The notes under the pieces are model-generated. The model saw only the letters and a program-made list of their open reading frames with translations, was not told the origin of the DNA and did no database searches. Below are positions 19,387 to 29,169 of a DNA stretch of 64,000 bases, piece after piece. This stretch comes from Candidatus Lloydbacteria bacterium RIFCSPHIGHO2_02_FULL_50_18 (GTDB lineage Bacteria; Patescibacteriota; Minisyncoccia; Phycocordibacterales; UBA6899): assembly GCA_001821395.1 (NCBI GenBank), contig MHLM01000001.1:144021-208020 (forward strand), given 5' to 3'. The number at the start of each line of letters is the position of its first letter. Positions within the stretch are counted from its first letter, which is position 1. A program made the position numbers and the translations under genes.

Positions 19387-20601
19387 CTATACCAATGCAA
19401 CAACGAGTGTTTTACGGATCTCCAGAAGCGCGAAAAGAAAGAGGTCGATATCTTTTTTTGTTGTGCTCCGCCCAAGACTGATGCGCAGACCGCTTGGCTC
19501 TCCGTCATGCCCTGCGGCCTGAAGCGCCATCAGTACGTGAGAATGTTCCGCATCTGCTTCATTGCATGCACTCTTGGTTGAAACGGCTATACCCTTCGCA
19601 TCGAGTGCGATCGTAACAAATTCATGATCGGCACCACGGAGAGCAATATTTATATTATTGGGAAGTCGTGACGTAAGACTGCCGTTAATGGTCACATCTT
19701 CCTGCGTTTGAAGTTCCGCGATCAAATAATCTTGAAGTTGCATGAGGCGGTCGCATTCATTCCTTCTTTCGGACGCAGCGATCCGTAGCGCCTCCGCGAA
19801 TCCGACGATGAGCGGAATGTTCTCAGTCCCTGCACGTAATCCCCTCTCCTGACCTCCACCCGTGATCAACGGATAAACGGGGATCGTTCGTCCGACAAAA
19901 AGGAGCCCAATCCCCTTCGGTCCGTAAATTTTTGCCGCATTCAATGTCATAAGATCGACGCCAAGCTGCGGAACTCGAAGCTCAAGATAATTTGTCGCCT
20001 GGCACGCATCGGTATGAAACAGGGGGTAGCAATCATCGCCCTCCGCACGCACGTCGCGAGACGTCCCTCGTACTTCTTTTTTCCAATTGCGTATCGCACG
20101 TGCAATTGCTCGGATCGGCTGCACAACGCCGATCTCATTGTTCGCGTACCCGATTGAAATGATCACCGTATCCTTGGTTATCGCACGAAGCAATTCATCA
20201 ATGTCGATAATACCCTCTTTATCAACGGAAATAATGGAAAGCGTTGCACCTTCCCTCTCCAATGCGCGTGCCGCAGCGAGCACGGCATCATGCTCGATCG
20301 CGCAGACGACAATATGAGGGGTTTGCTCGGGATGATTCTGCCTCCACGACATCACCGTTCCCCTGAGCGCCAAATTACAGGATTCTGTTGCACTTCCCGT
20401 GAAAATTATTTCATCGGCATGCACCCCAAGTTCTTCTGCAATAGACCTTCGGGCATTCGCCATGGCACTCTTAGCAAGAACACCCTCCTCGTGGATCGAT
20501 GATGGGTTACCGAACGTTTCTCCCCAGTATAGGGCCATTGCTTTCTGCACCTCGGTTGAGACAGGTGTCGCGGCGGCATGATCAAGATAAATGCGTTTCA
20601 T
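19387..20601 (-). CDS. Cysteine desulfurase, class V aminotransferase (NifS/IscS-like). PLP-lysine region NAAKIYGPKG.
   Basis: N-terminal LDHAAATP and PLP motif. Confidence 0.85.
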   Translation of the reverse strand: MKRIYLDHAAATPVSTEVQKAMALYWGETFGNPSSIHEEGVLAKSAMANARRSIAEELGVHADEIIFTGSATESCNLALRGTVMSWRQNHPEQTPHIVVCAIEHDAVLAAARALEREGATLSIISVDKEGIIDIDELLRAITKDTVIISIGYANNEIGVVQPIRAIARAIRNWKKEVRGTSRDVRAEGDDCYPLFHTDACQATNYLELRVPQLGVDLMTLNAAKIYGPKGIGLLFVGRTIPVYPLITGGGQERGLRAGTENIPLIVGFAEALRIAASERRNECDRLMQLQDYLIAELQTQEDVTINGSLTSRLPNNINIALRGADHEFVTIALDAKGIAVSTKSACNEADAEHSHVLMALQAAGHDGEPSGLRISLGRSTTKKDIDLFLFALLEIRKTLVVALV

Positions 20602-20695
20602 GTATTTTTCAGTCTATGATGCAACGCCTTGTTTGACAATATATTTTGAATACGTAACCTGAGGCAAGGATACTTCTTTCATTTCAAGGAAATTT

Positions 20696-20953
20696 ATGAT
20701 TTGGTCAATCGTGATTACGCTCGTGGTTGCACTTTGCGCAGGGTTCTGGCTCAAGTCCTCGGCACTTGCATGGCTTTCGGTATGCGCTGTCATCATCACG
20801 TTGATCCGCACCAACAAAAACGGTGACGCGTTAGCATTTGTCTACGCAATTATCGCAATCATCATCGCGTGGACTACGTTCTATTTTTCGACATACCAGC
20901 ACTGGGTCGGCGATCTCTTTGGATATTTTATGAAAGAGTTCGTACTTCGATGA
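20696..20953 (+). CDS. Small hypothetical membrane protein (2 TM).
   Basis: ORF with hydrophobic segments. Confidence 0.3.
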   Translation: MIWSIVITLVVALCAGFWLKSSALAWLSVCAVIITLIRTNKNGDALAFVYAIIAIIIAWTTFYFSTYQHWVGDLFGYFMKEFVLR

Positions 20954-21047
20954 GACACGAGGACGGCATGCCGTCCTTTTTATTTTTTTGCATAATAGTC
21001 CGCAGTTGATAGCATTGGGGTAGGACAAAATAGTACGAGGAGTTTCA

Positions 21048-21215
21048 GTGAAAGCACTCAAAAGTGAGCGAGCAAAAAGGATATTGAGCGGCTGCAATGG
21101 TGCACACCAGGGGATGATGCGGACGCCCACACGCGGCGGGAGCGCAAAAGGTGAGTTTGATTGTCCGGTATGTCGTCAAACCTTCAGGTGGGTGAAGGTA
21201 CCCAAAGCCAAGTAG
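21048..21215 (+). CDS. Putative 55-aa CxxC protein (VKALKSERAKRILSGCNGAHQGMMRTPTRGGSAKGEFDCPVCRQTFRWVKVPKAK) with a GTG start. RBS GAGGAG 7 nt upstream. A rho-independent terminator (gcacccgaaagggtgttttttg) follows the stop.
   Basis: RBS plus terminator bracket a short ORF; not in the ORF track (<60 aa). Confidence 0.3.
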   Translation: MKALKSERAKRILSGCNGAHQGMMRTPTRGGSAKGEFDCPVCRQTFRWVKVPKAK

Positions 21216-21259
21216 CACCCGAAAGGGTGTTTTTTGCAAATTTGGGAAGCTGGGCTATT

Positions 21260-21712
21260 ATGTACTGCATGACACCATCACTCATCACCATTGTAATTCT
21301 GGGAATAGCAATTATCGTCCTCGTTGTATGGCTTATCTTGCTCGAGCGACGCATTGCCAAACTCGTCGGAGGGAGTGACGCATCTTCACTCGAAGACACT
21401 ATCACCAAGAATCAGAAAGATCTCGGCGAACTGTTCGCATTCAAACAAGCGGTGGAAACCGAGATCAATGAGATCGACAAGCGAATGAAGAAAAAGCTTC
21501 ACGGCGTGCGCATGCTCCGCTTCAACCCATTTCATGGCACCGGCTCCGGAGGAAACCAGAGCTTTGCCACTGCGTTTCTTGATGAAGAAGGCAACGGAGC
21601 AGTACTTTCTTCTCTCTACTCACGTGAAAAGGTCAGCATTTTTGCAAAACCGGTTGTCAACCGAACATCTGAGTTCGAATTGAGCGAGGAAGAGAAAGAA
21701 GTACTCAAATAG
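21260..21712 (+). CDS. Hypothetical membrane-anchored protein (N-terminal TM, coiled-coil, GTGSGGNQSF motif).
   Basis: ORF; start taken at MYCMTPS. Confidence 0.45.
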   Translation: MYCMTPSLITIVILGIAIIVLVVWLILLERRIAKLVGGSDASSLEDTITKNQKDLGELFAFKQAVETEINEIDKRMKKKLHGVRMLRFNPFHGTGSGGNQSFATAFLDEEGNGAVLSSLYSREKVSIFAKPVVNRTSEFELSEEEKEVLK

Positions 21713-21787
21713 CTGAATAAGTTTGTTGTTGAGCCGTGGTTTCTCGACACTATTAATATTGTGTGGTAGTATCGCCATATTGCAATT

Positions 21788-23293
21788 ATGGCTGAAAAAA
21801 ACACAACATCATCCGTAGAACGCTCGCCAATCGTCGTCATTATGGGTCACGTTGACCACGGAAAATCGACGCTTTTGGACTACATCAGGAAAACGAATAT
21901 CGTAGCTACTGAAGCGGGTGGTATTACCCAGCATATTTCCGCATATGAGGTAACCCACAAGGACGCAAAAGAAACGGAAAAGAGGATCACCTTCTTGGAC
22001 ACGCCGGGGCACGCAGCATTCCAAAGTATGCGCTCACGCGGGGCACGCGTTGCCGACATTGCCGTACTCGTCGTATCTGCGGAAGATGGAGTAAAGACTC
22101 AAACGATAGAGGCGCACAAGGCGATCGTAGAGGCGAAGATCCCCTACATCGTAGCAATCAACAAGATTGACAAGCCAAATGCGAATATTGAGAAAACGAA
22201 ACAGACACTCGCAGAAGCTGAGATATATATCGAGGGATACGGCGGCGACATTCCCTTTGTCCTGATCTCCGCAAAAACAGGGCAAGGAGTTCCGGAGCTG
22301 CTCGACATGATGCTGCTCATCGCAGAAATGAACGAACTCACCGGTGATACAAGCATCCCCGCAAAAGGTGTGATCATTGAATCTAAGATGGATCCTAAAA
22401 AGGGTATTATTGCGACCGTCGTGATCACTGACGGCACATTAAACAAAGGGATGTTCGTCGTTGCCGAAGGGGCAATGACGCCCGTACGCGCGATCGAGAA
22501 CTTCTTGGGAAAACCTCTGGAATCGGCAACATTCTCGTCCCCAATTCTCCTTTCAGGATGGACTGCCGTACCGAACGTCGGGGCAGAATTCACTGCACTG
22601 GAAAACAAAAAAGGGGCGGAGGCCTTGGTGGGACAAGCAAATCTCGTTAAAAAGATCGTTGTCAAAGACTCGTTACCGGCTGATGGAGTGCTCTTTCCCA
22701 TCATCATCCGTGCCGATGTTGCTGGGTCGCTTGAAGCTATTGTTTCCGAGATAGGAAAACTGAAACATGAGCGGGTCATATTAAAGGTCATCCAAAAGGG
22801 CGTCGGGGCCGTCAATGAAAGCGACATCAAACTTGCCTTTGGAACGAACAATCCCGTCGTGATCGCTTTTCACACAAAGGCTGACACGCCTGCGATCGAT
22901 CTCGCTGCACGCACCGATGTCACCATCCATCAATTTGACGTCATCTATAAGCTAACCGAATGGCTTGAGGAAGAGATCAAGCGTCGCGCGCCGCATATCG
23001 AAATGGAAGAAAGACTCGGAGAATTCCGCATCATTCGCTGTTTCAGCCAACAAAAAAATCTTCAGGTTGTCGGTGGCGCCGTTCTATCGGGAAAAATGGT
23101 CAACGGTGCGAGGGTGAAGATCATGCGCCGCGAGGTTGAGATTGGGGAAGGAAAGGTCGTTGAACTGCAGTCACAAAAAGTGAAGGCGGCCGAAGTTCTT
23201 GAGGGCCATGAATGCGGGCTTCAGGTAGAATCCAAATTCACCCTTGCTGAACGCGATGTGCTTATCCCCTATATTATTGTCAAAAAACAATAA
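21788..23293 (+). CDS. infB: Translation initiation factor IF-2, short form ([17 protein letters not shown]).
   Basis: GTPase G1-G3 motifs. Confidence 0.9.
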   Translation: MAEKNTTSSVERSPIVVIMGHVDHGKSTLLDYIRKTNIVATEAGGITQHISAYEVTHKDAKETEKRITFLDTPGHAAFQSMRSRGARVADIAVLVVSAEDGVKTQTIEAHKAIVEAKIPYIVAINKIDKPNANIEKTKQTLAEAEIYIEGYGGDIPFVLISAKTGQGVPELLDMMLLIAEMNELTGDTSIPAKGVIIESKMDPKKGIIATVVITDGTLNKGMFVVAEGAMTPVRAIENFLGKPLESATFSSPILLSGWTAVPNVGAEFTALENKKGAEALVGQANLVKKIVVKDSLPADGVLFPIIIRADVAGSLEAIVSEIGKLKHERVILKVIQKGVGAVNESDIKLAFGTNNPVVIAFHTKADTPAIDLAARTDVTIHQFDVIYKLTEWLEEEIKRRAPHIEMEERLGEFRIIRCFSQQKNLQVVGGAVLSGKMVNGARVKIMRREVEIGEGKVVELQSQKVKAAEVLEGHECGLQVESKFTLAERDVLIPYIIVKKQ

Positions 23294-23431
23294 CATGATG
23301 GAACTTTCCCAAATGGCGAACTTCTTTGTTGCGGGTCCCCAGCGACTCGGTCAACATATCGGAATATGTCTTCCTCGTCCCCTTCCCCGCGTCGCGAATT
23401 TCATCCATTTGAGTAAGTTCCACTGCAAAAT

Positions 23432-23791
23432 ATGAGTAAGCTCAAACATCAGCGTGAGGAATTCATGCTCAAGGATCTCGCCGCGGATTTCCTTTCGCGT
23501 CAATCGAACAGAACTTCACTTATCACCGTCACGCGCGTGATTCTTTCTGACGACCAGAAACGCGTCGACATACTGTTATCTGTTCTTCCCAAAGAAGCAG
23601 AAAAGGCGGCACTCATTTTTGCTAATCGCATGACGACAGAATTCAAAGAATACATCAAAGCACACAGCAGAATCCGCATTCTTCCGAAGATACATTTTTC
23701 ACCTGATTTCGGCGAGCAAAATCGACAGCGCATCCAAGAGCTCCTCGAACTTGTTGACGGTGAGCAAGAAACTGGAACTTCGCAAAAATAA
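23432..23791 (+). CDS. rbfA: Ribosome-binding factor A.
   Basis: Size, KH-like core, and conserved infB-rbfA synteny. Confidence 0.7.
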   Translation: MSKLKHQREEFMLKDLAADFLSRQSNRTSLITVTRVILSDDQKRVDILLSVLPKEAEKAALIFANRMTTEFKEYIKAHSRIRILPKIHFSPDFGEQNRQRIQELLELVDGEQETGTSQK

Positions 23792-23810
23792 TTGGTATAG
23801 TTTGCGCTAT

Positions 23811-23882
23811 GGCGTAGTGGCGAAGTGGTAACGCATAGATCTGCAAAATCTACATGCACCGGTCCGATTCCGGTCTACGCCT
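23811..23882 (+). tRNA. tRNA-Cys(GCA).
   Basis: Hand-folded. Anticodon loop cuGCAaa, T-arm accgg-tccgatt-ccggt. Confidence 0.8.
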
Positions 23883-23955
23883 CCCTAAAACATTTTGTTG
23901 CAAAATGTTCGGGCGATCATTTTGCAACAAAATGATTTAGCCATGAACAAATGCT

Positions 23956-24036
23956 GCCCGGGTGGTGAAATGGTATACACAGGAGACTTAAAATCTCCCG
24001 TCGCAAGGCATGTGGGTTCGACTCCCACCCCGGGCA
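23956..24036 (+). tRNA. tRNA-Leu(TAA).
   Basis: Hand-folded. Loop cuUAAaa, long variable arm, T-arm gtggg-ttcgact-cccac. Confidence 0.85.
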
Positions 24037-24038
24037 CA

Positions 24039-24205
24039 AAGTAAATAAATCCCTGATGGGATTTATTTACTTTGTGCCCGGGAGAAAGCAAGCTGCCTTG
24101 CTTTCGCGTGGGAGTCGAAGCCCGTTTCGTTATTTGCGAAGAATTCCTATTCTGAGAAAATCGAAATGGGGTGCTGACCCAGCAAAGATCGAACCTCCCA
24201 CGTTA
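24039..24205 (+). repeat. tRNA-linked element. Terminator agtaaataaatccc-tgat-gggatttatttact. Mirror tgtgcccggg[agaaagcaagctgccttgctttcgc]gtgggagtcgaagccc. Core GAATTCCTATTCTGAGAAAATCGAAATGGGGTGCTGACCCAGCA. Direct copy gatcgaacctcccacg.
   Basis: Read directly from the sequence. Confidence 0.7.
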
Positions 24206-24623
24206 ATAGTGTAAAATGAGTCAATGAATAAAAAGATCGTCGCATCACTGACTCTCTCAATCGTTGTTTCATTTCTGATAATAGTTACTGTTTCGAATTA
24301 TTTTGCTGAGAAAGAAATAGCGAACCAGCGCTCTGAATACACAACTCGAGGAATAGCCTTTGGCGAAACTCTTGCCCCGTAGGCATACCTTTTCCATATG
24401 CATGCATGGGGCTTTGTGTTCGTGAAACCAATATAAAAAATTTGCTTGTAGATGTGGTGATCTTTTGCATTCCCACATACATTCTTGTCTATGCTTTACT
24501 TGTTTTGATAGCCAAAAGAAGATCTCGAATAGGTGACGTTTCATCAAACGTAAATTAGCCCCAGTGTTCGAATCTATTGCGAATCTTCCTTGATTTGCTA
24601 TGATAGCGAAGTTAGGGAAAATT

Positions 24624-24697
24624 GCCTTCGTAGCTCAGTTGGTAGAGCAGCTCGCTCTTAACGAGACGGTCGCAGGTTCGAATCCTGCCGGGGGCAC
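24624..24697 (+). tRNA. tRNA-Lys(CTT). CCA is encoded.
   Basis: Hand-folded. Loop cuCUUaa, T-arm gcagg-ttcgaat-cctgc. Confidence 0.8.
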
Positions 24698-24700
24698 CAT

Positions 24701-24880
24701 AAAAAAATCCGCGACAAGCGGATTTTTTTATGGTGCCCCCGAAGAAGTGCCCTGCGGCACTTCTGGCAGGATTCGAAGCCGTTCTCCCATATTTCTGAAT
24801 GATTCATATCATGAGGAAATGGGAAACGGGTACTGACGCAGTAGGCGTCGAAACTCCTGCCGTGAGATTTCAAAAGACTG
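24701..24880 (+). repeat. tRNA-linked element. Terminator aaaaaaatccgcgacaagcggattttttt. Mirror tggtgcccccg[aagaagtgccctgcggcacttctg]gcaggattcgaagcc. Core GTTCTCCCATATTTCTGAATGATTCATATCATGAGGAAATGGGAAACGGGTACTGACGCAGTAGGCG. Direct copy tcgaaactcctgccgtgag.
   Basis: Read directly from the sequence; the core is about 80% identical to the unit after tRNA-Val(GAC). Confidence 0.7.
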
Positions 24881-25070
24881 AGTATATTTCGCATGCCTGC
24901 GCATGCAGGTCTTCAAAATACGAAACCCAACATGCAGAGCTTGTCTTCGTGTCCCCAATGGCATCGGTGTGATTTCGCACTTGCGAACAAGTCTATGAGA
25001 ACCCAACTGATGTCGGTTTATTCTTCCACTTCCCTTTTATCCAAATTCCAGTACTATAGCCCTACACCCT

Positions 25071-25152
25071 GCCCAGGTGGCGTAATTGGTAGCCGCGCCA
25101 GTCTTAGGAACTGGTCTCGCAAGAGGTGGAGGTTCAAGTCCTCTCCTGGGCA
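25071..25152 (+). tRNA. tRNA-Leu(TAG).
   Basis: Hand-folded. Anticodon stem ccagt/actgg, loop cuUAGga, long variable arm. Confidence 0.8.
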
Positions 25153-25400
25153 CAAAGAAAACCGCGTAAGCGGTTTTTGTGTGCCCAGAGCGACTGAATA
25201 CTACAAAGAGTACTTCATTTTTCTAAAGCAGAATACTGCTAAGAAAAATTGGTCGCACCACAGAGAGTACTTCATTTTTCTAGAGCAGAATACTGCTAAG
25301 AAAAATTGGTCGCTGCTTCAGTCGCGCGAGAGGACTTGAAGCCGTTCTCCTGTATTTTTGAAGATTTCTTAATCTGACAGGTAGCCCAAATCTTGCACGC
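25153..25400 (+). repeat. tRNA-linked element. Terminator aaaaccgcgtaagcggtttt. Mirror tgtgcccagag[~130-nt insert]gagaggacttgaagcc. The insert is a hairpin (gcgactgaa ... ttcagtcgc) whose loop holds 2 x 52-bp tandem repeats (AGAGTACTTCATTTTTCTARAGCAGAATACTGCTAAGAAAAATTGGTCGC). Core spacer GTTCTCCTGTATTTTTGAAGATTTCTTAATCTGACAGG.
   Basis: Read directly from the sequence. Confidence 0.65.
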
Positions 25401-25438
25401 CAGTCTCTACGTAATCATCATGGATAGATTCATGATGA

Positions 25439-27166
25439 TCATTCATTTCCCATCAATTCGTTTATTTTAGCCGAAGTGGTTTTACCAACATATCCGGTCC
25501 CCCTAACAAGACCCCAGGGCGCTAAAACATCTTCGGTATATTTTTCTTGGAATTTTATAACTGCTTTATAAGTCAAGAGGCCGAAATAATCAGTTTCCTT
25601 ACCCGGAGAGCCAACACCCGAATCAGCCAATCGAGTATCGGGGTCGGAATTGAGGAAAATTTGCAAGCGTTTTATGTCTGCATTTGTTTGTCGGTATTGT
25701 CGGTATTGAGTAAATGGGTTAGTAAATGGCAAAATATTTATTCGCAAATTTTCCGTTACAGTAGTACCCGATCTTAGAACGATTATGCTTGAAGCAGTAT
25801 CTGATGATCTGCCGTAGGCAGTGTAAAATTTAACATAAACGGTATATTGTCCATCCGGACAGATTAGATTTTTAAGTGTACCGCCAAATTTTGAGCATAA
25901 GTCCCATAGCTTGAAGGCGACATAATCTTCTCGGCTGGCATCAGTGAAATCTCCAGTCATTGAAATCGCCAATTGCTTGATGTCCATTCCCGCATTAAAA
26001 CCAAGTATGACATTTCTATTTGACGTTGTGCTTGATCCGGAATTTACAAAAACCTTAAATCCACCTGTCGGCGTTATCGGCAAATTACTCCAACCTGCTG
26101 GCATACCACCTCCCCCACTTGAAGTTACAGCAGGAGTTACTAAGACGGCGTCCCAAATCAAAGTAAAATTATGAGAGTTGGAATTTCCGACGTTATCTGA
26201 GGCAGTAAAACTGATTACATAAGTTCCGTTAGTATCGACTGAGATAGTTGTGCTCGACGCGGTACCGTCTCCAAACGTTACCGCACCAGGTCCTGAAACT
26301 TTTGCCCACTGATAAGTTGAAGCGTTCATATCGCTCCCGGAATCTGAAGCTGCAGCGACTTGAGTAAATGTAGCTCCTTTATTTTGATCATCTCCAGCAC
26401 TAATGGTGGGATTTTGTTTATCAATTTTTATGATATTTGACGATTCTGTGTTCTCAATATTCCCTAAATTATCTACTGAGTAGTACCTTATATATTGCTG
26501 ACAACTAGAACCTGAGTCACACGACAAACTAACACTTGTTCCTTCAGTGGTTGGCACGCAGCTATTATTAGTGTCAACGCAATAATATGTATGCGCTATT
26601 CCGCTTCCGCTATTATCAGACGGGTTCAAATTAATAGTAAGATCTGAACTATGCCAATTATCATCAGCATTATCGGTTGTAGTTGGAGACGTATTTCCCA
26701 CTACAATCGATTCATTAAATGAAACGCTCCAATCGTAAAGGGGCAGTCCGGTACTGCCTGAAGATGGCGATACGCTCGTATCTGTATCTCGAATATTACC
26801 ACCTACGGCAGTAGCATCGCCGGCTTGTGCGCACCAAGATGCAACAACATAGCAACTCCAGGCGTATCTCAAATGTTGATCTGTGCCAGTCGGCGTATCA
26901 CTTAGAGTAATTTTTACTTGACTGTTATTATTTATAAGTTCTACTGAATCTATTGAAACACTATTGCCACCAGCCTGTGTAAATTCAAACCCATAATCAG
27001 GACGCTCCGCAACGTTGGCAGTATCAATAGCTAATGTTCCATAAGGGATATTATAATTGGCGATTATTACGTTACTCGATCTCAAAATCGATGATGGCAT
27101 GAGGGGATTCCAAGTCTGTCCCTCAAACAATACTTTATCCATAACTTTTGCAAACATCTCTCCCAT
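25439..27166 (-). CDS. C-terminal part of a giant surface protein: Ig-like/beta-rich region plus a C-terminal peptidoglycan-binding domain (YFGLLTYKAVIKFQ ... GYVGKTTSAKINEL). Probably continuous with the upstream ORF via an A8 homopolymer frameshift.
   Basis: PGBD motif. The 85-nt overlap with the upstream ORF contains A8 at 27166-27173; one extra A would fuse the two frames. Confidence 0.6.
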   Translation of the reverse strand: MGEMFAKVMDKVLFEGQTWNPLMPSSILRSSNVIIANYNIPYGTLAIDTANVAERPDYGFEFTQAGGNSVSIDSVELINNNSQVKITLSDTPTGTDQHLRYAWSCYVVASWCAQAGDATAVGGNIRDTDTSVSPSSGSTGLPLYDWSVSFNESIVVGNTSPTTTDNADDNWHSSDLTINLNPSDNSGSGIAHTYYCVDTNNSCVPTTEGTSVSLSCDSGSSCQQYIRYYSVDNLGNIENTESSNIIKIDKQNPTISAGDDQNKGATFTQVAAASDSGSDMNASTYQWAKVSGPGAVTFGDGTASSTTISVDTNGTYVISFTASDNVGNSNSHNFTLIWDAVLVTPAVTSSGGGGMPAGWSNLPITPTGGFKVFVNSGSSTTSNRNVILGFNAGMDIKQLAISMTGDFTDASREDYVAFKLWDLCSKFGGTLKNLICPDGQYTVYVKFYTAYGRSSDTASSIIVLRSGTTVTENLRINILPFTNPFTQYRQYRQTNADIKRLQIFLNSDPDTRLADSGVGSPGKETDYFGLLTYKAVIKFQEKYTEDVLAPWGLVRGTGYVGKTTSAKINELMGNE

Positions 27167-29169
27167 TTTTTTTCTTGGGTATTCACGTCCATATGGAGCT
27201 TGTCCGACCGATAATGATATTGATACTTTGGCTGGACCAAAATAATTTTTCCGGGATTATCTATATGCGCGTTTAATTGTGCTTCAGCTATTTCCCCCGT
27301 TGGCGCGGAATTCATTTGATTTATAAATAATGGGATAGTGTCGTTACGGCTAGTCAGAGTATTAAGATCGGTTTCATAATCCAACTGCCATTCTTCAAGA
27401 TAACTTTTATAATTTGCTCCGGCACCACCCACATAATCACTTTCTCCGTGAATTGAAGTAACTGCGATGGGTCGATACAGCTCGCCTAGCGTACTCTCAA
27501 CGTAAGTTTTAGTTACACTTGCCTGTGTCATACCCTTGTTATACCAAGATGTCCCCTTTTTTAAACCACTGTAGTTAGTTCCACCATGTGCATGGAGGCC
27601 AACGACAATTGGACTGAGAAGATCTTCATACGCATGAAGGCTATTGGCCATTCCTGATGAGATTGTTTCCACATTACCGCCCTCTCCTTGCCCAGACTCA
27701 ATTAATGGTATGAGCGGAGCAGCTGTTCCTTCAACTCCGGGGGTAAGCATAAGATTATTATAAGGCTGCGTAACGCTTATAGGCGGTGAAGCATAATAAA
27801 CTACGGCCAGACTTTGCCCCGTTGACAATATCTGATAGTAGGTTGTTTGCTCATTTACCGCGAAGGAAACAGTCCCGGAATTATTTGTAAGAGCAGGAGT
27901 TGCTGACACGCTTATTATATGAGGAGACCCACTCGTACTTGTAGGTGTATAGGTGAATGTTTTTGCATCTGACGAACCGGACCACGACAACGAAGTTGGC
28001 GCAAACGTTCCGGCACCAGTTGATGACGATGTAATCGTGCCGGTATATTCGCCATCAGGCGTCACAATAAAATTACCGGATGCTGTAGCCATCGTGCCAG
28101 ACGACGGGCCGGCAAAAGTAAATGATGTAGCGGGTGGCGCAAGGGTGACGACTGAAAATTCAGAACTGTCTGCGGTTGCAGGGACGCCATCGGTAACCCT
28201 GAGCTTGTAATAATAAATCGTAGCGGGAGATAGTCCGGTATCTGATAATGTGAGCGATGTTTGTCCGCTTAAAATATTCCCAACACCCGGCGTAAAACCG
28301 CTGCTTATGCTACGGTACCACTGATAAATATAGGGTGCTATTCCTCCTGTTGCTTCCGAAGATGAAAGATCGATACTTGAATCTGTTTTCTCCATTAAAC
28401 TAATTGAGCCGGCGCTAAAAGTAGAAAACGGATATTCAAGCCCTGTGCCCGAATTGTATAAACTCGTGATCTCATCTGGAGTTAGTATTTTTTTCCAAAA
28501 ACCAACAGAATCAATGCGCCCGTCCAAATACATTGTAGCACCAGAAGCCTGAAATCTCCCGATTGTAAATGCTGCGCTAGTATTTGCCGGCTCGGAACCG
28601 GCGACGCTTGTATTGGTATACGTATTATTAACAGTTATGGTATTAGTATGAGTGGTAGCATTGTGGCTACATGTGAGAAAATACCATTGGCCAATCTGGA
28701 CTCCCCCCGTTGGAGTCACATATGCATCTACCGATGGAAAAGTAGAACAGCGAAACGTGTCGGAACTAACACCGTAATACAAAGCATATTCTCCGGTGCT
28801 GCCATATTTTCCAACAAACGTCATATTTGTTGATTTGGTATCAAGATAGACCCATGCAGAAATAGTAAAATCTATACCGCCTATACTCAAACTGGGATTA
28901 TCAACGATGCTTAAATATTCTGAGTTAGCCATAGTTAACTGCGCAGAATTTCCAAGTTTGCCAACTCCTTGAGTCACCGTATTGTTGTCGGTCAGATTAT
29001 TTGAACTAACACTATCTGCTCGCGTACCACTTACCTCATCTAATTTCCAATAAGAAATAAGTGATGTGGATAAATCCGTTGCAAAAACATGAGAGAAAAA
29101 TTGTGTGTACAACGACACCGAAATTAAAAGCAGGGCAAATATTTTAAAATTTTTTCGAAAGGTTTTCAT
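27082..29169 (-). CDS. N-terminal part of the giant surface protein: signal peptide, LamG/concanavalin-like domain (DFTISAWVYLD), Ig/FN3-like Thr/Ser-rich repeats.
   Basis: Signal peptide and LamG-like motif. Confidence 0.6.
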   Translation of the reverse strand: MKTFRKNFKIFALLLISVSLYTQFFSHVFATDLSTSLISYWKLDEVSGTRADSVSSNNLTDNNTVTQGVGKLGNSAQLTMANSEYLSIVDNPSLSIGGIDFTISAWVYLDTKSTNMTFVGKYGSTGEYALYYGVSSDTFRCSTFPSVDAYVTPTGGVQIGQWYFLTCSHNATTHTNTITVNNTYTNTSVAGSEPANTSAAFTIGRFQASGATMYLDGRIDSVGFWKKILTPDEITSLYNSGTGLEYPFSTFSAGSISLMEKTDSSIDLSSSEATGGIAPYIYQWYRSISSGFTPGVGNILSGQTSLTLSDTGLSPATIYYYKLRVTDGVPATADSSEFSVVTLAPPATSFTFAGPSSGTMATASGNFIVTPDGEYTGTITSSSTGAGTFAPTSLSWSGSSDAKTFTYTPTSTSGSPHIISVSATPALTNNSGTVSFAVNEQTTYYQILSTGQSLAVVYYASPPISVTQPYNNLMLTPGVEGTAAPLIPLIESGQGEGGNVETISSGMANSLHAYEDLLSPIVVGLHAHGGTNYSGLKKGTSWYNKGMTQASVTKTYVESTLGELYRPIAVTSIHGESDYVGGAGANYKSYLEEWQLDYETDLNTLTSRNDTIPLFINQMNSAPTGEIAEAQLNAHIDNPGKIILVQPKYQYHYRSDKLHMDVNTQEKKWERCLQKLWIKYCLRDRLGIPSCHHRF

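Noticed and set aside
24658-24894. 78-aa minus-strand ORF
   Set aside because: It overlaps tRNA-Lys and its linked element; spurious.
25190-25315. Tandem 52-bp direct repeats that might be taken for a CRISPR array
   Set aside because: There are only two copies, adjacent with no spacers. They are embedded in the loop of a hairpin inside a tRNA-linked element, and no cas genes are nearby.
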